Assembly: GCA_013265495.1 (NCBI GenBank)
Contig: MU061578.1
Location: 1,621,308-1,685,307, forward strand
Origin: Vicugna vicugna
Lineage: Eukaryota
Direction: 5' to 3'
DNA length: 64,000 nt
Position numbers and translations under genes: made by a program. Position 1 is the first letter of the stretch. Each line of letters starts with the position of its first letter. The notes beneath the pieces were generated by a model. The model was not told the origin of the DNA. It ran no database searches and worked only from the letters and a program-made list of their open reading frames with translations. This document shows positions 13,269 through 25,355 of the stretch, one piece after another.

Positions 13269-15429
13269 CATCCATGGACGCAAAGGCAGGAAGATGTGAA
13301 AATGTAGCTGCCTGTCTGGGGAAGAGCTAACAAAAATGTCTGGCTATGGTTCATGCTGAATAATGTCGTAGCGGATCACAGTGTTTGTGTATTTATGGTG
13401 AGACTCAGATATATATATGGGTATATACAATATAATATACATATAAACACATTTGTATTTATAAATGTATGTACATATGTATAAATACTTAGGGCAGTAT
13501 CTGTCAGATGAGAACCCAATGAAAGCTAGACATTCTTATTACTTTCCTATGTACAGGTTTCATCCTATAAATATATTCAAATCTTTTTTACCCTTTAACA
13601 TTTTAAAAGTAGCACATTACTCATTAAAGAAAATGTGCAAAATACATAATTAGATATTTGATAACATGGGAGTGTCATGGGCTTGTCTTGTATTCCACGG
13701 AGAATCTGATACAGATTAGCTGCTTAAAAATATTCATTATGAATTAAAAAACCGCTACAAAGTGGTTCCGTAAATGATGGTTAAGTCTCCACTATGTGAG
13801 AGGATGCAACGTTTTGAAAGAGAGCCAGGATGCTTGCGACGTGTGCATTTGAAGAAAAATAACACTTGGTGTCATCTCATTTACGTTTGAGTGGAACGGC
13901 ACACTTGCACGTGCAAATGCAGATCTAAAACAAAGTGCAAGGCTATCACCAAATTGTTAACGGGGGTGAGGAGGAGCGCTGTGTTCCCTGTATACAAAAT
14001 AATGATACAATCAGTCATCATGAAAGAAATGAATCAAACATCGCCAAGAGTTGTGAAAACTGAGAAAAGAAAAAAATCGTCCTCGGTCAGACCACCCACG
14101 ATGACGGCTTATGATTTTGACACACCCTTTTTAACACGTTCATTTAGGGAGTATTTCTCAAACGTCCAGCAGTGGCCTCAGTACTAAAAAGTAGCCGTGC
14201 TCCCCTTTCCCCTGGGTAATAAGTATTTGCTGAAAATCCCTTCCCCTATTCAATCAGTTTCATGGGGCATGCCTCCCGGAGGCTCCGGAGAACCCCGAGA
14301 TTCTCCATAATGCAGGGATTACTGGTAAAGATTCCTAGAAAATGATCAAGCAATAGGTCCTCGATTCTCTGGATCCAAACCTCCCCCCACCCATCCACCA
14401 CCCCAACACACATATTCTTGCCTCTCATCTCATCAAAGCAGAAAGAATCAAGTCAGGGGGAAAAAAGGCACTGGAAACATATACAATACAAAAATCACTC
14501 CGAGCACTGGGTCTCAGCCATGGATGATGGTCCCTGGATAAGGATCCCTGGTAGGAACGCCCCCCCAGGGTTAGATGCTCCCCTCTCTCTGGACCACTGC
14601 CCCCAGCACCCCCTGCAGAGTGACCCCCCTTCCTCCCTCTTGCTCTCCAGTCTTGCCTGGGCTCTTAGGTCCTCGGAGCAGCAGCTCACACTATTAAGGG
14701 GAAGAGCCTCTGACAGTTTCTAAAGAGGCCTTGCGGGAATAGACCCCTTTTGTTTGTAGTTATCAAAACAAATTATGCGCTGCATGCCTGAGATGATGCT
14801 GGCTCCACCATGTCCTCCCTGGAGCCCCACAAACTCCTAAATGCGAGTTCCAGTCTTTTGTAGCAGGAAGGCCAATCGAACGAGCACGCAGACTTGAACA
14901 GATCCTACTCCTTAATGATCCCAGGGGAGGCAATATTTAGAGGGCAATCACGCGATTCTGAAAACGGGGTGCTCAGTGCCCCTGATTAACGAGCTGTAAC
15001 CGCCATGGAATCCCAGGCCCGCCGGGAAGGGCGGCATCTCACCGTTCAAACCCTGTTCCTCCTTGCATCTCACTCTGAACCAAGGCAACCACCCAGGATG
15101 GCAGTTCAAAGTTTAACTGAGTCTTTAAAAGTAAAATGGTTACAATGATCGAGGGAAAAATATTAGCATTGTCACACTTAAACAAATGCCACATGACACG
15201 TAAATCCTGCCATCTGCTGTTAACTTTTCCTGAGTAGGAAGCTGGCTGATATGGCAAAGTCATCTACATATGACTGATAATTTTTAGCCAAGTCTAAATA
15301 AAAAGGTGCTTTGTCTTCATGTGCTGTTTAAAAAAAGCTAGAGGCATATAAAATCTAAAATAACGCATGCTCTTGATGTTTATTTTTCCCATTAAATGTA
15401 TGCACATAAATTAAATTTTATAATTTTAC

Positions 15430-15520
15430 ATATGTATATATGTGTATTTATATAGATAGTTAAACTATATATAGAAATATAGAGAGAGGGAGAAAGAGAG
15501 ATATAGAGTTGAGTGTATGT

Positions 15521-15555
<35 letters not shown>

Positions 15556-15570
15556 CACATGTATATGTAT
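15430..15570. repeat. TA/GA-rich low complexity with (TG)15 microsatellite (15523-15552)
   Basis: Directly visible. Confidence 0.95.
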
Positions 15571-16609
15571 AAAAATTCCACAGTAAACTCTTCATATTTT
15601 CCGGGCCTTATTGGATTGCAAACTGAATCAGTAATTCTACACATGTCCACCTTTTGTAGAGAGAATACTCCATTTTATCTATTTCGATGTGGTCCAAGAG
15701 AGGCCTGGCGTACAGAGCTTCGATTACGCAGGGTGCACTACAGAGGTAAAGCAATAAGAACCCTCATTTCGAGAAGGAGAGTGTATTTTACAGGGAAGGG
15801 GCTGCGATACCCAGTGGGGATCATGAGTACAAACTGAGAAAAATAAATCTACGGTCAATGAAATCCTGCCCTTGCAGAACACTTGACGTTCCCTGATACA
15901 TAACGGAATTAGTGTAGTCAGATTTCATTGAAGCCCCGTGGCTCTCCGGGCCATTCTTTACACGGCTCTGTCAGTCATGAGAGAATACTTCAAGCACATG
16001 ACAACAAAACGCTATCAATACTGAAGGTCGTCCTCTAAATCAGGAGAGAACACGAGGGTTTCCTAATGACTTCTTCTCAAACAAATTACCGGCCAGCCGC
16101 ACCGAAATGAATTTTATTATTGAGGACAAGTGAATTGTACAGTACTTATAGCAAACACATTAGAGGATTAAAATTGATTGAGGGAGATTGGATTTGAAAA
16201 GATATAAATAGGGAAGACATGAAAAATCTGCTCAAAATGAACTTATCAAAGCCGTTATGGAATTCAGCCACTGGCCAATCACTTGGGGGAAGGCTGGCTT
16301 TGGCTTCCTCCAGAGAAATGAAGAGAAGCCACTGGCATCTGGGGGGTGGTCCAGCTGTGCTTGTTCAGATGCGCCACAGCGGCAGGATGGGCACCCATAG
16401 GAAGACACAGGCCCTGCGACAAATTTAGACCTCTCTGTGCGGTGACTGTGTGACCCGACTGCCATTTTCCTAGAGAAGCTCAGGTGAACTTCACCTTGGA
16501 GTCACCTTGGAGGCAGGTCTAGGACTCTTCAATCCATTCGATCACTGATTAGCCCTGAGATAATCCAAATCATAAAAGACAGTGCTTCTCAACTGCTTTC
16601 CAAGTGCCA

Positions 16610-16830
16610 GCCTTCTTCTACATGCTTCCAAGAACTAAGCGACCGAATCTTCATGGCTCCATGAAGTAATAAGCACTTTTAGTATCCCCACTTTATAGCA
16701 GAGGACACTGAGGTCAGAGAAGAAAAAATACATCCCCAGTTCACATGGATATCAAGAGGCAGAGACGGTATTCACAGTTGGGCTGTTGGCACCAGAATCT
16801 GTGTTCCTAATGACTGTACCCTCTTAAGAG
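16610..16830 (-). mobile_element. MIR SINE
   Basis: tatccccactttatagcagaggacactgaggtcagagaag...cacatgg...ggcagagacggtattc. Confidence 0.7.
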
Positions 16831-16961
16831 CTACAAGAACACCAGTCATCAAATGCTCTACCCAGGTGGCTCCCGGGATGGAAAAAGAAGTTGAGAAGTG
16901 ACTTCTGATAGACCAAGATACACACTCAGTCTGTGGCTCTATTTTGAGACTCTGACCAAGA

Positions 16962-17479
16962 TATATGGTACCATCCTCCAAGATGCCCCCCGCATCCCCA
17001 CTTCCTAGTAGCCGTTCTCTTGTAGTGACTTTCCCCCACTCTATCGGGGTTGATGGTCCATGTGCCAAAATATGGCAGAGGTGATGGTCTGTCACTCTGA
17101 GATTAGGTTATAAAATACCTGGTTTCTGTCTTAGCAATTCTCTCTCTCCCTTTCTCTCTCATCACTCGCTTTCGGCAAAGCCATCTACCAAGTCACCAAG
17201 CCACTCTGCAGGTCCTGTGGGAAGACCCACGTGGCAAAGAACTCAGTCCTGCCAATAGCCACAGGAGAGGGCAAGGAAATGGACAATTCAGCTTTCATTT
17301 AACTGCCACCCTCTCTGACAGCTTAACCATAGCCTCCCGGGGATCGTGAGCCAGAACCACCCAGCGAAGCCACTCCCAGATTCCTGACCCTCCAAAATGA
17401 CGTGCAAGAATAAATGCTCATTGTTTCAAGATAATCATCCTGGGAGTAACTTGTTACTTGGCCTTCGATAACGTCTACA
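16962..17479 (+). mobile_element. MaLR LTR (MLT1F-like), near full length
   Basis: cctccaagatgccccc...atggcagaggtgatgg...gtcactctgagattaggttataaaa...gagccagaaccacccagcgaagccactcccagattcctgaccc...gaataaatg. Confidence 0.85.
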
Positions 17480-17629
17480 TGTGTATCACCTGCAAAGCTG
17501 AGCTTCCGAAGACCCGAAACAGTAGGGTTTGTTCACAATGCTTCATTCAATCCTTTATACAGAGCAGTTCAGGAAGGTGTCCTAATCTAAACTCCATTCC
17601 CGAGACAGAGAGGCCGAGTGGAGCCTGTG

Positions 17630-17920
17630 AATATGTATTTATTTGTTCAACATTTTTGAACATCGACTGGACATCAGGCGCTGCTGTCCTGCTGGGATGT
17701 GGCCCTGAATTAAGAAACGAGGTCCCCGTCCTTGTATTCTAGTGGAGAGAGACTGAAAGTAGAAAAGCAGATACATATGAAAAAACAAGGAAATGCTGAG
17801 GAGGACTATGAAAAGAAGACAGAGCCGTGAACTAGGGGGTGACCACGTGTTTTGGATACAGTAGTCATGGTAGGCCCCTCAGAGGAGCGATATTTGAAAA
17901 GAGGCCTGTGGAGAACGGCC
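17630..17920 (-). mobile_element. L2 fragment
   Basis: tatttatttgttcaacatttttgaac...ttctagtggagagagac...aggcccctcagaggagcgatatttga. Confidence 0.55.
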
Positions 17921-19060
17921 AGCCAAGAGGAGATTGTGGAGAAAGAGACCAAACAAACTCGGGCTGTTCAGTAGGTGGATAACCTCCACGCCACCTAACG
18001 TAACATCGGAGCCTCACTTTTCCCAGCTGTATGCTTGGGATGATAGTAATTTGTCTCACAAGATACAGAGAATGAAGCAATATTCTGATATATGAAAGAA
18101 ACATGCCAATTGAGATGCCTCTGCTCACCGTTCCTCATTTAAAAATGGCATGACTGCCTTGATCCAGCTTTGAAATCACCAAGACGGGGGCAGTGTTATC
18201 CCCAAACCAAAGGCGAGGCAGGGGGATTTGGGCGGCCTGCGGATTTCATAGAATATTCATCTCAGGGGAAACTCACTCAGTTATGGAACCATCTGACCAT
18301 TAATTTCAATGATTTGACTGTGTAATATAATGTTTCCATCCCAGAACACAATTTAAACTGGGACAGGTAGTCATTACTTAACTTAGAGTCTGCAAATTCA
18401 TCTCTGACGTGTCAATTTTTTGTAGTCTTTGTTCAAAGACTTGCCAAAAAAGATATGGGAAAAATATTTCAAAGTCCATGAAATCTAGCATCTCGATATC
18501 AAATAGTGCCTCGACTGTTACTGTAGATAAAAATGGTGATAGAAAATTTTATTAAAACAGTAAGCAAAGGGTAAGCATGCTTGTCAAGCACAGATCCCGC
18601 TTCCCATACAGATGAGAATGTGGAGAACAGGAAAGAAGACGAATGGGGTGGAATACTGATTTAGCCCGAAGTCAAGAGGGTGGCGGGGGGAGAGAGAAAG
18701 AGCCAAAATGAATACCTATCATTGAGACCTTCTAACGATAATGACCCGAAACAAAATAAAATGATATTTTGGCAAAACAGCGGCTTCAGCTAGTACTCAA
18801 GAAACAAGCCACCCATGGTTTGAAACTAAAAATTCATTGCCCATTAATGAGAAAGCCTCTGTTGATTGAGGAATCCAACATTTCAATCTAAGAAAAAGGA
18901 GAAAAAAAAATTAAATAAGATAGATGCCAGCTCAGTCAGCCACAAAGTGACATAGATGAGAATGAAAACACTATGAGAGTACACATCTTAAAGGCACCGC
19001 CTCTGGGATGACCCCATTTGGGATAGAGATGTGGATAGGTGTCACTGCTTCCCGTGATGC

Positions 19061-20041
19061 TGCGGAAGGAGACCTCAGTAGCTGTTCACCAAAGTCCTGC
19101 TTTTCTGCTGGGGTGAAAGCTGGGGCTGTGTTTCCTTGCCTGCTTGAATTTAGGTGCAGCCAAATGTCTTGCTTTGGCTGATGAAATGTGAACAGAGGTG
19201 GCACATGTCACTCTGGGGTAAAAGCTTTAAGAACCAGTGAGCAATTAACCTTGCTCTTTCCCTGTCCCAGTAATCATGGAACGGAAGGGAAGCACGTGAT
19301 GCGGAGTGAGGGAGAAACAGAACGTCACTCCCAGCCAGCCCACAACAGGCAGGCAGAATGCACATGCACGGGAAACAAACATTTGTTCTTTTTTTAAATT
19401 GAATATAGTTGATTTACAATGTTGTGTTAGTTTCTCATGTACAGCATAGTGATTCTGTAACACATATACACAGTCTTTCTTTTCTATGACAGGTTATTAT
19501 AAGATATTGACTATAGTTCCTTGCGCTGTAGAGTAGGACCTGGTTGTTTATCTGTCTTATACATAGTAATTTGCACATGCTAATCCCAAACCCCTAACTT
19601 ATCCCTCCCACATTTTTCCCTTTGGTAACATAAGTTTGTTGTCTATGTCTGTGAGTCTGCTTCTGTGCTGTAAATAAATTCATTTTGTCACTTTTTTAGA
19701 TTCCATATATAAGTGATATATTTGTCTTTGTCTGACTGACTTCTCTTAGTTTGATGATCTCTAGGTCCATCCATGTCGCTGCAGATGGCATTATTTCATT
19801 CTTTTTAGTGGCTGAGTAGTATTTCATTCTGTGTGTGTGTGTGTGTGTGTGTGTGTATCTCACATCTTCTTTATCCAGTAAACTGTTGATGGACATTTAG
19901 GTTGCTTCCATGTCTTGGCTGTTGTAAACAGTGCTGCCATGAACACTGAGGTGCAAGTAGCTTTTCAAGTTAGAGTTTTGTCTGGATGGAGATTGGGGGT
20001 TGTTTGTTGTTGCCGCATAAACTGCCGTATCCTGACTGAGA
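19061..20041 (+). mobile_element. MaLR LTR (MLT1J-like) interrupted by an L1 (LTR parts ~19061-19386 and ~19989-20041)
   Basis: tagctgttcaccaaag...gaaatgtgaacagaggtg...catgtcact...gaaacaaacatttg | L1 | gagattgggggttgtttgttg...gcataa...tatcctgactga. Confidence 0.75.
19387..19988 (-). mobile_element. Cetartiodactyl-type L1, 5'-truncated (~600 bp), with internal (TG)n
   Basis: Poly-T then aattgaatatagttgatttacaatgttgtgttagtttc...; ORF 19696..19896(-) gives MKYYSATKKNEIMPSAATWMDLEIIKLREVSQ, like the L1 ORF2 C-terminus. Confidence 0.93.
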
Positions 20042-20359
20042 CCCTTATTTAGCTACTAATCCTTCTAGCCCCCTTTCGTACTGTGGGACTTCCAGCAAAA
20101 GTGAAGGAGGGAGTTCTTTGACATTTCAGGGGCCCTGGCTATCTGTATGGTGCCTTCTCTAGAATGAGAAGTTTTCCTACTATCACCATAGTCCTTCCCT
20201 GTTGCAAAGGTTCTTTGACTTTCAAAAGCAGGTCTTTCCTTTGCATTTCCTTTGCTCAGCCCCGTGGACAGGCAAGTGCCCCACAGATTCTCATTAGAAA
20301 CAACAGAATGTGTCTGATAGGTGGGTGGTGCTCTGTCAGAGACACTCTGGAGCTGCAGC

Positions 20360-20960
20360 ACCATTTCATTCCCTCATTCACAGTGACGGGAGGGTTCTTA
20401 CCCTCACCAAGCTTCCAGTCTTCCGATGGAAAATGAACGATGTGAGAACAATAAGCCATGAACGCTGTGAGAACACACAGAAGGGACATCTAGCTTAAGG
20501 TTGGGGGTTGGGGGTTGGGGGAGGGTGGTGAGAGATGGCTTCATGGGAGGAAGTAACAACAAAATGGACCAAGCCAAAAAGAGGGCGGATGACTGTTTCA
20601 GGCAGGGGGTGCAAGTGGCCAGAAGTGAGAAAGAGAGAACAAGGCACTGTGAGCAACTAAACCCTGCTGAGTGTGGCTGTTTTGTGGGTGGAGTCAAGAG
20701 TGGTTAGACTGAAAGACAGCAGAAGGCCATTCCTGAAAGGTGTTGACGTCATGTCAAACATGTTGGATTTTATCTGAAGGACAATGCAGAGCCACTGAAG
20801 GCAGGGCAACATGGTTAGGTGTATTTATGAAAGAGCATTTTAGTTCCACTGTGAGAAGAGTTTGGAGGCAATAAATATAATAAAAAGAAAAAAACAGATG
20901 CCAGTTACCAGGATGCACAAGACACTGAAAAATAAAGATCTGAAATATATTTTGCAGACA
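20360..20960 (-). mobile_element. L2 fragment
   Basis: cattccctcattca...ggattttatctgaaggacaatgcagagccactgaagg...gtatttatgaaagagcattttag. Confidence 0.65.
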
Positions 20961-23900
20961 GAATTGGATAAGCATGACTGAACTTCAGTCCTGCCTGCAG
21001 CAAGGTTACATTTTTGGTGACAGAAATAGTCACAGATTCTTCACTGGCTTTAAGCCCCCTTAAACATTCCCCTGGAGTCTCTTCAGATAAATATAGGACT
21101 CCAGCCACGTTGAAAAACATGACCAGGTTCCTTATGAGAGCAGTGATCCCATTTAGGGCTGTGTTTATTCCCCCCAAAGACTGCACGATTTGCATATCTT
21201 GCATTTGATCTTAACTTCTCCAGCAAGAAGAGTTCTCTATGGGAAGTACCGTGACATGACTACTATTTCGTATGTGGAATTACTAGACTCGTTCCTGGAA
21301 ATGTACACGGCACTTAAATGTATCTAATTCCTGCTCGCCATTTGTTTTTTGAGGACATCTCTTTATCTTTTCACCCACCCCTCATATTTTTTTGTCCCTG
21401 GGCTCGAGGGTCATGCTGAATGCTCTGCCTCCTAGCTCCAACACTTATTAGCTACCTGGTCTAGGGGGAATTCTTTCCAAGCCTAGGGCCTCATCAAACA
21501 AAAGAGGGTGATAAGAAAATCAGCTTAAATGGCTTGCAATGAACACTCTACGAAATCATGGCATGAAGCTCTTAGAATCATGCCTGGCCCATAGCAAGCC
21601 CTCAGAAAGATGTTCTTTAATAACATCAACAGACAATGACTCTAAACCGCTACGCATGTCGTCGAGGTGGTGGAAAGTCACACAGTGTCACAGACTGTGC
21701 AGAATTAACTCAGAGAGCCAGTCATGAAAGAGAAGAATGAAAAAAAAAAAAAAACAACTCTTGAAGGTCGATTTTGCGTTAGGTGCCATGCTAGGGTCTA
21801 GGGAAACAGCACGGAACCAGCAGGTCGAGCCCAGGCACTCTGGGAGCCTCTGCACTAATTGTGTAATTGACTTGGAAATGACATCAAACCTATGACAAAA
21901 ACTACAGTGAACCTCACAGAAGGCACCTCATACAGAAGGACTACCCGAAGGGGTATTCCAGGGACTCGATCCAGGATGCTTTGCTTGACAGACCAGTCAC
22001 AGCCATGAAAGGAAACGTTCATAGCCTGTGGTAGTTTGTGCAGACTCAACCTACAGCCACTTTCTCAATTAGAAAAGGAAAAAAAAGAAAACCTTAGCTT
22101 GTTCAGAATATAAACCTCCAAGGAGCTTTAAAGGGCATTTCATACATGGATGTTTCACATGGTTCCAAGTAAGGAGTTCCAGATTCATGGTTGCCTTCTC
22201 ACTTGTCAACTGAAAGTATTTATTAGAGCATGCAGGCTGTTTAGAAACTTGCACAACCACTCATACCCTATTAGTGAAACATCCAATTACACGCCTGGCC
22301 TCTTTGTTTCCTTTCAAACAAAATACTCGGAGATCTGGGCTGTGTTAACCTTGCCACTCCTGCTACCTGCTGCCTCCCAGATGGAAGGTACACATGAACT
22401 CTTTGATTACTGTAGACAATAGTTGACGATGTTCATTAAATATGCAGTATGTGCTCTGAAGAGGCATAAATATTTATGGGTGCTGTCTCATTCACAGGAA
22501 CCTTACCAAGGGTGTATTAATGTCACACCCATTTCACAGGTAAGGTAATCAAGTCTTAAAGCAGTTAATTCACTTGCCCAAGATCAGCGAGCTACCGTCC
22601 AGGTGATCTGCTACCAAAGCCATAGGCTATTGACTATGATTTTCTGCATCTATGAACTACCTTGAACTATTCTTTATTCCTGTAGCCAACAGCAAACTGA
22701 ACTTCAATTATGACGGAAAGTAATAACATCTCACTGAAAACTCAATGCCTTGCAGCATGAAAGTGGTCTCATAGCCATCTCTACAAAAAACACGCCCGCC
22801 CAATGCATCTGGTCAGTTGATGCAAATAGGATTCTTTTCTGTCTGACTTACCTAGACTGGAGGGTTGTACACTCATTAACTGATACTCTCATGGAATCGT
22901 TCACCAGAATCCAACTTTTGGACTCATCTGTGGCCATGAGATTAGCAACTAGAACATCGGGCCCCTATACGTATTCAGAGGGCTACACACTTATCACTCA
23001 AGAAGCCATATCAAGCTACCAAGGATTAAACTATTTAAAAATTCACTCTAGTGTCACCAGCATTGAACGTTCCAGGGGCTTGCAAAGAAAAAAAAAGAAT
23101 TAAAAAAAAAACACAGAAGAAGGAAAAGAATAACAAGAACAGATTCTACAACTGGACTGAATTTTCCCTCTGAAATTGGTTTGTGCTACACGTCAACCCC
23201 TCACCCTGCTGAAAACTGCACATCTTCTTTTACACTATGTTCATACTTGGAGCATTATTAAAACCACATCCACCAGTTAGCCTGATAGACTAATATTGGG
23301 AAGGTTTCTTCGAAACTGTTACAGCCTATTGGGTAAATACATATTTTGTACACATTCTAATTTTGAAAAACATGCTATTTACTTACTAGACTGTAACAGT
23401 TCTGCTGAATGGTTATATAGACTACCAGGTAAATATGTATTTTGGAATGCATGCATAGTAATTCTGAAAACATGGATCATTTACCCAGTAGAGTCAAACA
23501 GTCTGGCCTGCCATGGACAGCCCCTGCCCCATGAATCATTATCCTGGCGGGGCCACAGGGATGCTTTCCAGTCATTTGCTTGGGCATGAAGCAGGTTCAT
23601 TTTAAGGAGGAAAGTCTTCCAAACCAACACCTGATTTCTTTCTTTTGGAAATAGCAAAGTTCATCTATTTCAAATTAAAACAGGACTTGTTAAGAATGGT
23701 TGCATATAGCAATGCTTAGGGTGGATAATTAAACTCAAGGCTTTGGTTGGCAGTAAGAAGTTGCCATTAAGTGCATGGATTAAAGTAGATCTTGAGCTTG
23801 AAATCTGTGTGTTGGCTGTCTGCAATCCCTGTTTCCAAGGGATGGACATCAACCAGCACCATCTTGTTGTGTCCTGTACTCTTTTTATTTTTTCACATCA

Positions 23901-24029
23901 AATATTTGTTGGACAATCATGTGCCAAACATGGGGTTTGATTCTGGGGATTCAATGGAAAGCAAAACAGATACTGCCACAGGCTTCTTGGAGTTCATAGT
24001 CTATGGCTATAAACTGTAGTTAAGTGCCC

Positions 24030-24660
24030 TTAAAATATATTCTCAATGCAGACGTCCCAATTATCCATTGAAAATGTAAATCAGGTCCCTACACTATGCT
24101 AGATTACCTTTTACTTCTCATTTCACTAAATGAGAACGTAAAGTCTCGAATTATCTACAAGTCCTACATGATATGCACCCTCTCTCCACCTTACTTATCC
24201 CCCAGCTCATTCCCTATCTTCTGCTCCAGTCTCTCTGGTCCACTTCTTGGTCCTTGAACACAAGGGAACAAATAAGCCCGAGGTCTTCTCTTTTGACTGT
24301 TTGCTCTGCTTGGAGTGTTGTCTCCCCAAACATCCCCATGGCTCCCTCCTTCATACTTTTCTAGTCTTGGCTGAAATGTCACCTTCACAATGAGGCTCAC
24401 CTTGATTTCCCTCCCACTCCATTTAAAATTTCATCTTATTCTTCTCCCCCTGTTCTCTGTCCCTCCTTATTCTTTTCTTCTTTTCCTTGATCATAGCACT
24501 GATCACCTTCAAATACAAAATGCCTATTTATGACATGCAATTTTCACAATCTTTCTGCCATTCCCACTGGAATGTAGACTCCCGGAGAGCTGTCCACTTT
24601 TTCACTGATGGATCCCAAATGCCAAGAAGAAAGCCTGGTACATAGAAGGTGTTGGATATA
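24030..24660 (+). mobile_element. L2a fragment reaching the 3' region
   Basis: aaaatgtaaatcagg...ctgctccagtctctctgg...ctctgcttggagtg...aaatgtcaccttcacaatgaggc...ctggaatgtagactcc...gcctggtacatagaagg. Confidence 0.8.
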
Positions 24661-24730
24661 TATATACACACACACGTGTATAATATGCACATACACATGC
24701 TTATACACATATGCATGTACATACACACAT
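24655..24730. repeat. TA/CA-rich microsatellite-like tract
   Basis: tatatatatacacacacacgtgtat...acatacacacat. Confidence 0.85.
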
Positions 24731-25057
24731 AGGACTAGAGAGAAAGTATAAGTTTCTGTGAGGTCACAGACAAGTAGATTCTTATCTATCCCAGGGAGCT
24801 GGAGTTGGGTAGAGGTGGGAACTCCAGGAAAGGCTTCCCCGGGGGAAGTGGCATTTCTGAGCTGAAATTGAAATGAGAAATAAAAGGTAATCTAGCAAAG
24901 GGTTATGGTGCAGCAGAGGGAACAGAATGTGGCCAATGCCCTGCTCAGGAAGAGGCTGATATGTTTGAGGAAATAAAAGCCAGTTTGCAATGTGGCTATA
25001 ATATGGGAGCTAGTGGGCATGAAGATTGAATATTGAGAGGGAAATTATATTTTCTTG

Positions 25058-25130
25058 ATTTTTTTTCTTTTATTTATTTACTAATCTTTTTAATGGAAGG
25101 ATGGTTGATTTACAGTGTAGTGTTAGTTTT
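25058..25130 (-). mobile_element. Very short L1 3' tail
   Basis: T-rich tract then ttttaatggaaggatggttgatttacagtgtagtgttagtttt, matching the terminus of the L1 at 19387. Confidence 0.65.
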
Positions 25131-25231
25131 GAAAAACATGTTTTCTTCACTGAAACCTGTTCTTTATGAGGACAGGGGAGTGGTGAGGGTGGGGGAGAGG
25201 GAGGGAGAGAAGGAGGGAGAGAGGAAGAGAA

Positions 25232-25355
25232 AGAGAATGAATATAAAAAGGAATATATGTATGTATATGTCTGATTGAAACATGCTGTGCACCAGAAATT
25301 GACACACTATTGTAACTGGCTATACTTCAATAAAAAAAAGAAAAAAAAACAAAAA
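25232..25355 (+). mobile_element. Short L1 3' tail with poly-A
   Basis: gaatataaaaaggaatatatg...gctgtgcaccagaaattgacacac...tatacttcaataaaaaaaa; agagaatgaa occurs on both sides (possible TSD). Confidence 0.85.

Noticed and set aside
16491..16512. 11-bp tandem duplication tcaccttggag (also 12-bp x3 at 8743-8778 and tctatttaagaac x2 at 44840-44873)
   Set aside because: Ordinary slippage micro-duplications with no evidence of function
19696..19896. ORF with YYSATKKNEIMPSAATWMDLE
   Set aside because: A decayed L1 ORF2 C-terminal remnant interrupted by a CA repeat, not a host gene
22844..23100. Minus-strand exon candidate (T-rich AAG acceptor ~23079, TAG|GTAAGT donor ~22850)
   Set aside because: Stop codons in all three frames, a non-YAG acceptor, and a weak pyrimidine tract for a recursive site
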